A DNA stretch of 58,330 nucleotides, counting the filler, from Barthelona sp. PAP020 (taxonomy: Eukaryota): NCBI GenBank assembly GCA_040182905.1. It is 3 parts of 3 records of this genome, joined end to end, with 100 filler letters (N's around TTAATTAATTAA, not from the genome) between each part and the next. Parts side by side here need not be neighbours in the genome. Positions count along the whole stretch, not along the records: positions 38,987 to 58,330 come from JARQWU010000208.1; 2 more parts are not named here. One strand, written 5' to 3'. Both the position numbers and the translations under genes were made by a program. Below the pieces are notes generated by a model that ran no database searches, had not been told where the DNA came from, and saw only the letters and a list, made by a program, of their open reading frames with translations. Position 1 is the first letter of the stretch, and each line of letters starts with the position of its first letter. Positions 51,644-58,330 of the stretch are shown here, in pieces.

Positions 51644-54511
51644 ATGATTGATTTTGAGATTGGGGAAGAAGATCTTAAAGAAATATTAACTGAAGGTACA
51701 GCAGTGGAAATAATGAATGATTTTCTTCAATTGTTGAATTCCAGAATAATTGATTTTGAAACCTTTTATGGTGACAACAAAGATTATTTGATACATTTTA
51801 TTGCAAAATATAATAGTTATTCATTGCTTCAACAGATTCTTTTGGATTCGAAATTTCCAATTGATGTAAACAAGCAAAATGCGGAGGGTAATACAGCTTT
51901 GATGATTTCAATAATGCATGAATCTGAGGAAGTATTTGATATTTTAGTTGAAAACGAGGCAAATGTTGAAATTTGCAACAACAGTGGGATGGTTGCAATA
52001 CATATAGCTGCTTATTGTGGGACTTTTTCAATGGTTAAAATATTATCCGAATTACATCCTTCATTTGTCAATGTTCGAGATGAAGATGGTCAAAATGTTT
52101 GTCATTTTGCTGCTGCCGGGGGAAATGTGGATACTGTATTTTATTTGGTATCTAGATATGGATTAGCTGTTAATGATTTGACAAAAACCAATGATACGCC
52201 ATTACATATGGCTATAGAAGCAAAGAATAATAAAGCCGCAAAAATAATGCTTAGGTTTTTGCCTGATATAAATTTTTCTGTTGCTGAAATTTTGCCCATT
52301 GCATATTTCTGTATTTATTATGATAATTTTGAAATTTTTTGTGATGTGTTAAAAAGATGGGGAAATACTATTGAACCATGCCATGTGAATCTTGAAAAAT
52401 TTTCCACCATTTATTATCACATTTATAATTTAGAATTACCTGAAAACTTTAATTTTGGTGAGCATGGTTTTCGATATGAAGATAATAGCAAATTAATTGA
52501 AATTAATTTATTCAATTTTTCAGTGTTTTTATCGAGATTTGCATATGTTAAAATTTTATGCACAAAGAAGGCTTTTATTCATTCTTTAATTGTATTGACT
52601 GTTCAAAATCCCCTATATTTATTGTTGAGTAATGAATGGTTTTATAAAACTGACTGTGATACTCGATGTGACCTTTTTAAAAGTTTCTTTTTGTTTCACA
52701 ATTTTGAATCACCTGAAGGATTGTATTGTTTTGGGGTTCTTTTGTCAATGACCAATGTTTTTGAAGAAGATAGATTGTCAGTATGTGAAGAACTTTTGGC
52801 AATTTGTACAAATGTTAATTGTGAGTCTTTAAATATGAACAGGGTAAATTCTATCAGAAACGAGTACAATATTCCTCAAAAATCCAAGGTTATTACTTTG
52901 GTTGATGATATTTGCTCCAAAGGTTTTGGACCAGTGGGCATTGCTATTGAATTAAATTTTGTTGTTATGTTGAATGTTTTACAGGCTTTAGGTTATGATC
53001 TAACGTACAGTGGTAATCGTTTATGTTGCAATTTGGCTGCTGAATTGGATAAAAGTGAGGCTTTTATTCGTTTAGTTCAATTAGGTGTGGATCCCTTTTG
53101 TCTTGATAGTTATGATCAAAATTTTTTGCATATTGCAGCCACAAAAGGCCATGTGGGCTTTTTAAAGGATGTTATTGATTTTCTTTATTCAAGTAACATG
53201 TATTTTGATATATATTCTAAAGATAAGAATGACATGACACCTTTGTTTTGTGCTTTGTCAAATGGAAATGTTGATGTGGCTGAGTATTTTGTTGATGATC
53301 TTAATGTAACAATTCTCCACAAAGAAACAAGTAATTTCAACCCTGCTGCTCTTTCTGCTGATTTGAAAGTTTTAGAGTTTTTGAACACTCATGGAATCAA
53401 CATTTTTTCATTCATTGTTGATGGAACTCACTTTAAGTTCCGTTCTTCTTTGGACCGTGCTATTGTTGAAAAAGATTTATCAACGGTGAAATACCTTTCA
53501 TCTATGTTGGACAATATTAGTGAATGGTACGATACTGTGGAATTCATGAAAAGATGTACTCCTTTACATTTGTGTGTTATTGTTAATTCTCCAGAAATTC
53601 TTGAATATTTGTTGGAAAACAATGTCAATCCCAATATTGTTAGTCCATTGAAAGGAATTTTAGATTGTTTTGAGCAACTTGATGTTGATGTCTCTGATTC
53701 AATAAATTTTCTTACAAATACAACGAAATTAAACAGATTTGACGAAAACAATACCAATAGACCGATATCTTGCAATGATATTTTTGAAGATTCTGAATTG
53801 TCTGTTATTGATTTGGCTGTTTTGTTGTATGATAAAAATCCCCAACTGTTAAAAATTTTGTTAAAAACTATTCCAAACTTAGACTTGGAAAATTGTGTTG
53901 ATGGGACCTTAATTTTGAAAGAAACATTAATTCGTGCGATTTCTATAGCTACTTTGAGAAATTTTGATGCATTAAGTTATATGTTGAGTCATTTAAATTG
54001 TTCTAAACAATTTTTATTTGAGAAAACTACTTTGTCATATTCACCACTTGAATTGGCAATTATTTTCCACACTTTCAATGCGCTTCCTTTGTTTAATACA
54101 TTATTAGAACCAAATAGAATTGAAATTTTTGAAGAATATCCTTCAATTGTGAGAACCATTCCCAAGGACATCACAGAATTCATTATTTCTATGTGTGTAA
54201 ATCAAAGAGATATTACATTGATGACAATATCCATTGAATATTTATATCTTTTGCCAGATTGGAATGATATTAACGTTTTTTTGGAGGAAAAGCAAGTAAA
54301 AATGGCAAGAATGTGTTATGAACAGCTTGTTTCCATGGAAAAGAATCTAAAAGGCACATCACGCGGTGAATCAGCTTTGTTAACTTCCTTTTTCAGACAA
54401 CAGAGAATGGAAAGATTTGAAAAAATGATTCTTCACGAAGAACTTCTTCAAAAAATGGCCACAGCCCAAAAAGCTGCATCAAAGTATCAAAAAATACGCT
54501 CAAAACGTTAA
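51644..54511 (+). CDS. Ankyrin-repeat protein (955 aa)
   Basis: GNTALMIS, AIHIAA, VCHFAA, TPLHMA, FLHIAA, TPLFCA and TPLHLC motifs. Confidence 0.88.
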   Translation: MIDFEIGEEDLKEILTEGTAVEIMNDFLQLLNSRIIDFETFYGDNKDYLIHFIAKYNSYSLLQQILLDSKFPIDVNKQNAEGNTALMISIMHESEEVFDILVENEANVEICNNSGMVAIHIAAYCGTFSMVKILSELHPSFVNVRDEDGQNVCHFAAAGGNVDTVFYLVSRYGLAVNDLTKTNDTPLHMAIEAKNNKAAKIMLRFLPDINFSVAEILPIAYFCIYYDNFEIFCDVLKRWGNTIEPCHVNLEKFSTIYYHIYNLELPENFNFGEHGFRYEDNSKLIEINLFNFSVFLSRFAYVKILCTKKAFIHSLIVLTVQNPLYLLLSNEWFYKTDCDTRCDLFKSFFLFHNFESPEGLYCFGVLLSMTNVFEEDRLSVCEELLAICTNVNCESLNMNRVNSIRNEYNIPQKSKVITLVDDICSKGFGPVGIAIELNFVVMLNVLQALGYDLTYSGNRLCCNLAAELDKSEAFIRLVQLGVDPFCLDSYDQNFLHIAATKGHVGFLKDVIDFLYSSNMYFDIYSKDKNDMTPLFCALSNGNVDVAEYFVDDLNVTILHKETSNFNPAALSADLKVLEFLNTHGINIFSFIVDGTHFKFRSSLDRAIVEKDLSTVKYLSSMLDNISEWYDTVEFMKRCTPLHLCVIVNSPEILEYLLENNVNPNIVSPLKGILDCFEQLDVDVSDSINFLTNTTKLNRFDENNTNRPISCNDIFEDSELSVIDLAVLLYDKNPQLLKILLKTIPNLDLENCVDGTLILKETLIRAISIATLRNFDALSYMLSHLNCSKQFLFEKTTLSYSPLELAIIFHTFNALPLFNTLLEPNRIEIFEEYPSIVRTIPKDITEFIISMCVNQRDITLMTISIEYLYLLPDWNDINVFLEEKQVKMARMCYEQLVSMEKNLKGTSRGESALLTSFFRQQRMERFEKMILHEELLQKMATAQKAASKYQKIRSKR

Positions 54512-54634
54512 ATTTAACTGTAAAATTACTTCAATTTATTTATTTTTTGAAAGTTGGTAGTGAAAAAAAATACTAGATTCGTAAAAAAAAAGACTAGTAA
54601 TTGTACAATAAAGTGGGAAGTATTTTATACATCA

Positions 54635-55096
54635 ATGGATCTTTCCATAAGATTGCGAAATGAACTGTTAGAGTTACAAGAATTAGGAAGTGATGCAAAT
54701 TTGGTACAAATAACACCATTGAATGATTCATTAAAAGAATGGAGAGCAGTTATTGAGGGACCCGAAGGGACAGCCTACGAAAATATCAAGTATGCAATAC
54801 AGATTCAGATTCCTTCAAGATATCCTTTTCAACCTCCCAGGATTAGATTTGAAACAAAATGTTTCCACCCTAATATTTCGGACACGGGGCAAGTTTGTTT
54901 GGACATTCTTAAAAATAAATGGAGTCCATCTTTGACTTTGAGAAGTTTACTAATTTCGATTGTAAGTTTGTTAAACGATCCAAATGTGGGAGATCCTCTT
55001 AATTTAAAAGCTGCAAATTACTATTCCACGAACAGAAAAAAATTTGAAGCTAAGGTTAAAAAATACAACAGAAAATATGGTTTGAGAAACATGTAA
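54635..55096 (+). CDS. Ubiquitin-conjugating enzyme E2
   Basis: W...IEGPEGTAYE, YPFQPP, FHPNISDTGQVCLDILKNKWSP (HPN plus catalytic Cys), SLLNDPN..DPLN..AA. ATG 54635. Confidence 0.95.
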   Translation: MDLSIRLRNELLELQELGSDANLVQITPLNDSLKEWRAVIEGPEGTAYENIKYAIQIQIPSRYPFQPPRIRFETKCFHPNISDTGQVCLDILKNKWSPSLTLRSLLISIVSLLNDPNVGDPLNLKAANYYSTNRKKFEAKVKKYNRKYGLRNM

Positions 55097-55106
55097 TTTT
55101 TTGTTA

Positions 55107-55775
55107 ATGCAAACCGAACAATTTGAATGTTTATTATTAGTTAGTCGTAATTCCGAATTTTTTCATCAAACAATAATATGTTTGGGTTATGAAAGCGAAT
55201 CAAATTTTTTTGTTATTCCATGTGTATCCAAAGAAGAATTTCAAGAAAAATCTCCCTGGGTTATTGTTAGCGTTGTTAAAGAGTTTAATAACAATAATAA
55301 TGTTGTTCAATTGCAACAATTATGGATATCCAAATCTGATTGCAATATTCCTTCGTTAACGGGGGACATAATTAATCTTGGTGACATTTTAAACGATTAT
55401 TCCATGTTTAATGGATGCAAATGTGAATGTTGTGTTGAAGAATTTTATGTTTTTCATGACAGCATCAATTCTTTGGAATTATCAGACCGATATTCCAAAT
55501 TCCAACTCAGTCATTTTTACCAAAATGCTATCAATTTAGATATTGTTGATTGTATTCTTTGCCAACAGTCAAATTCACAACAATTGACATTTTGTTATCA
55601 TTGTAACCATTTGATGCATTTGAAATGTTTTTATGATTGGTTGCAAGTTGAAAAAAAAGAATCTTTTCCATCACAAGGTTCTTGTCCTCTCTGCAGAAAC
55701 AATGTATATTGGGGGTTATTGGTTTATTTGGGTAGCTTGATTGAGCATATGATTAAAATTAAAGATAGGCAATAA
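55107..55775 (+). CDS. Slx1-like protein with degenerate GIY-YIG domain and intact C-terminal RING
   Basis: C-terminal CILC...C..C...MHLKC...FPSQGSCPLC....WGLLV matches the Slx1 RING. N-terminal FECLLLVS, SPWVIVSVVKEF and VVQLQQLW echo Slx1 (F.CYLL.S, RPW.MV..V.GF, ALQFEWAW). ATG 55107. Confidence 0.6.
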   Translation: MQTEQFECLLLVSRNSEFFHQTIICLGYESESNFFVIPCVSKEEFQEKSPWVIVSVVKEFNNNNNVVQLQQLWISKSDCNIPSLTGDIINLGDILNDYSMFNGCKCECCVEEFYVFHDSINSLELSDRYSKFQLSHFYQNAINLDIVDCILCQQSNSQQLTFCYHCNHLMHLKCFYDWLQVEKKESFPSQGSCPLCRNNVYWGLLVYLGSLIEHMIKIKDRQ

Positions 55776-55853
55776 ATTGATAAAAGAATTTTATTTTTAT
55801 CTTTAAAAATTTGATATTTAAAAAAGAAAATTCCTTTAATTTACAGAAACAGT

Positions 55854-57308
55854 CTAATAACGAATTGGTGAAGGAATGAACATTTTTGATTTTTGAGGAG
55901 AGGTCTCACCACTAAATTCAACAGGAATTTTGGCATTGTCAAATCTATTTTTGGTTGAACTCTTTTGAAAAACAGCATTTGTGAAGTCTGAACTTTTCTT
56001 GTGTTCATTTTTATCAAATGAATTTATTGCTTTGTGAAGACGAGAAATATTTACATTTGGAACAGATGTTTTACCAAATGATCGAGCAGATTGAATTGGT
56101 GATGATGTTATTTGTACTCTATTGTTTCTTGGAGATACAATGGATGAAGGATACGGAAGGGTGTCTGCATATGTAACATGTGAAGTGTTGGAAGTGAACA
56201 AATCCGTAGAAAAAGTTTTTTTAGAAGCATAAACATCAAAAATTGGGCTGGAAATCGATTTGTTTTGAGAATAAAAAACAAAATGATCTTCGTTATCAAA
56301 AATTATCCATTTAGCAAAAAAATTATCCAAATTTTCCATAAATTCTGAAAAAGAATTTTTTGTTATCGAAGAAACTAAAGTAAACAATTGTAAATGATAA
56401 TTAATAGCAATTTGATATGAAAGTTCCCCAATAACATTTGATAATCTTTCCAATTTCAAAATTGTACGATTTTCAATGTCATTTTTAAAAAATGAAGCCA
56501 CATATCGAAAAGATCTGTTGCAAATACTCTTAAATAAAATTGGACTTTCCTTGAACTCAAAAATTTCTTGAGTCGCTTGTTTTTCAACTGAAACATTTTC
56601 TTTTAGAACAACGTACATTTCATAAAATAATCGATAAGTGGGATTTTCCGGTTTAAACAAAGAATTAGAATAAAATATAGGTATTGAAGCTAAAATAAAA
56701 GGAATTATTGGAATAAGCTTAACTTCTTCATAAGAAACCAATTGTCCATTTGAAATAACGCTTCTTTTAATTAATGTTAAAAATTCATAATATGCATCAC
56801 GTTTTTTAATGGGACACCATACAGAGATCAGATTTAAAATACCTGCAACGATTCCTGTGGGTAAAACAACATTTGAAAAAGCTTCCATTTCAAAATCTTC
56901 TTGCAAAACTGTAAAAAATGTTTTGGTATCTAACTGATAAATAGCATTAAGAGATTTAGCAATTGCATAATACAACTGCTGATACTTGGAATAATCAATA
57001 CCTTTTGCAAACATAGCAGCAAAATCATTGGCACATTCAATGATCTTATCATCTAATAATTCATCACAAATTTCAGGAATATTTAAATCCAATCGTGATC
57101 GATTCAAAAAGGTAATATCAAATCTATAGGCTCTGCAAGTCAATAAAATATTTTTTAAACTGAATTTTTTTCTTTGAAAAGATAGAAATAATCGTAAAGA
57201 TCGATCAAGTTCCAAAAATTTTGTTGAATTAAGAAGTTTTTGTCCAATTTGAATTCTTGGCAAATGAAGATCCATTCTTTTGTTATTTTCGTCAATATTA
57301 TTCTTCAT
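55854..57308 (-). CDS. Hypothetical helical protein with SP-rich tail (possible divergent retinoblastoma-like pocket protein)
   Basis: About 484-aa ORF from ATG 57308, with a helical body and a C-terminal tail containing several SP sites. The family is only tentatively suggested. Confidence 0.55.
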   Translation of the reverse strand: MKNNIDENNKRMDLHLPRIQIGQKLLNSTKFLELDRSLRLFLSFQRKKFSLKNILLTCRAYRFDITFLNRSRLDLNIPEICDELLDDKIIECANDFAAMFAKGIDYSKYQQLYYAIAKSLNAIYQLDTKTFFTVLQEDFEMEAFSNVVLPTGIVAGILNLISVWCPIKKRDAYYEFLTLIKRSVISNGQLVSYEEVKLIPIIPFILASIPIFYSNSLFKPENPTYRLFYEMYVVLKENVSVEKQATQEIFEFKESPILFKSICNRSFRYVASFFKNDIENRTILKLERLSNVIGELSYQIAINYHLQLFTLVSSITKNSFSEFMENLDNFFAKWIIFDNEDHFVFYSQNKSISSPIFDVYASKKTFSTDLFTSNTSHVTYADTLPYPSSIVSPRNNRVQITSSPIQSARSFGKTSVPNVNISRLHKAINSFDKNEHKKSSDFTNAVFQKSSTKNRFDNAKIPVEFSGETSPQKSKMFIPSPIRY

Positions 57309-57671
57309 TACATTGATAATTTTAATAGAAACTCTAAAAAAAAACAAAAAAAAAAACAAATTGAGTTGGAGTTGTTTTATTTTTCCAAACACCTCAAATT
57401 TTCCACATTTACCTGTCTTTTTTTGCCTTTTGGTAATTGAAAAAGAAAAATTGTTCAATTGAGACTCAAACTTTCATTTTTTACTGTACTTTTTTACAAA
57501 AGAAAGTGATAAGTCTTTAATTCCAATAAATATGCTTCCTTCACTATTCTCGCTTTTAACAATCTAAAAAACATTAATTTTTTTGCAAATGAGGGAGAAT
57601 TCATATTTGTAAAATCGACTGAAACATGTTGCTGCAAAAACTAAAAAGAAAATGATTCATTTACTATTTTT

Positions 57672-57795
57672 GTCAGTTGTGAAACAATTACATTTGTTGG
57701 CAGAGAAAGTAAACTAATAAAATTCATTCTGGTAAATTTCAATCAAAAATTTGGGTGAATGAAATGCAATTTTGACGATTAACTGTGAAAATTTC
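57672..57795 (+). repeat. Highly degenerate partial copy E of the foldback repeat arm
   Basis: TCAGTTGTGAAACAA...AGAAAGTAAACT...TTCATTCT...AAATTTCAATCAAAA matches the start of copy A, and AATTTTGACGATT is shared with copy C. Confidence 0.55.
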
Positions 57796-57810
57796 AATTT
57801 CAATTTTTTT

Positions 57811-58167
57811 TTTCAAGCCAAGAAGCACTGTGCATATGAGTGAATAAAAAAAGAAGTGTTTATTTGGTTAAGGGCTTTTGAGGCCCGATTGATCTGTTGA
57901 AAACTGTAGATCTTCTAAGGTAAAGTTTAAACTTTAAAATTTTGCTTTTGCAAAAATACAAAATAATGGGAATGGAAAATATTTCCGAAATTCTGCTTCT
58001 CAATTGTTAAATTTACATTTCAGTCCCTCAATTCTTCCCTGAGGTTTTGAATGAAATATGCTAGAATGAGTTTTCTGAGTTTACTTTCTTTCTAAATAAA
58101 TATAGTTGTCTCACAACTGGACCAATTTATTTACTCACACACCCAGTGCTTCTTGGCTTGGAAATAA
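57811..58167. mobile_element. Foldback/MITE-like element, copy D: full arm (57811-58125) closed by a ~42-bp inverted terminus
   Basis: Left TTTCAAGCCAAGAAGCACTGTGCATATGAGTGAATAAA; right TTTATTTACTCACACACCCAGTGCTTCTTGGCTTGGAAATAA. Confidence 0.82.
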
Positions 58168-58330
58168 TCAAAAGAATGTTAATAATTGAAGCAAGAGTCA
58201 AACATAATGAAGAGGGCAAGTTTAATTTAATTTTTTTTTAAACCAAAAAAGACTACTAAATTTATAAAATAAAAACTGATAAATCACATATGTTTCAACT
58301 GCAATTTAGGAACAACATTCATTGATTGTA

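Noticed and set aside
727..57462. Numerous 60-115 aa ORFs antisense to, nested in, or between the main genes (e.g. 727..948, 4145..4363, 19051..19248, 30038..30370, 46913..47176)
   Set aside because: Shadow ORFs or low-complexity AT-rich frames, many with non-ATG starts and no motifs; 19051..19248 simply spans tRNA-Asn.
1..58330. Alternative genetic code, CRISPR array, rRNA, prokaryotic origin
   Set aside because: TAA, TAG and TGA all end conserved genes at expected positions, and long ORFs lack internal stops. There is no repeat-spacer array or rRNA-like sequence. Kinesin, TBCD, E2, MZT1 and a spliceosomal intron show the DNA is eukaryotic.

Overview
Very AT-rich, gene-dense and almost intron-free eukaryotic (protist) DNA read with the standard genetic code. 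Two 100-nt artificial linkers (44 N + TTAATTAATTAA + 44 N, at 19403-19502 and 38887-38986) split it into three segments that may not be truly adjacent. Segments 1 and 3 hold compact housekeeping genes: kinesin with one 36-nt intron, hybrid histidine kinase, ThrRS-N/uridine kinase, Pus3, NIF3, Cgi121, Tma16, ankyrin-DHHC, the NOG1 3' end, TBCD, a membrane-anchored iPGM-like protein, a 3xCBM48 protein, Urb2, MZT1, a HAD hydrolase, an ankyrin protein, an E2 and a degenerate Slx1. Segment 2 (19503-38886) looks like an accessory island: tRNA-Val, repeats, a 3443-aa pseudokinase-RING-pseudokinase-ankyrin giant, a WD40-coiled coil-kinase-HECT(N-lobe) fusion and a DIRS-like retroelement remnant. The most notable non-coding signals are (i) a ~205-bp repeat starting 27 and 25 nt downstream of two different tRNA genes, a candidate tRNA-targeted element, and (ii) a dispersed ~320-bp foldback/long-TIR repeat family. 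The intron's branch point fused to its 3' splice site, plus bacterial-type enzymes, suggests an anaerobic metamonad-like lineage (inference). All family calls come from motif recognition by eye; no searches were run.
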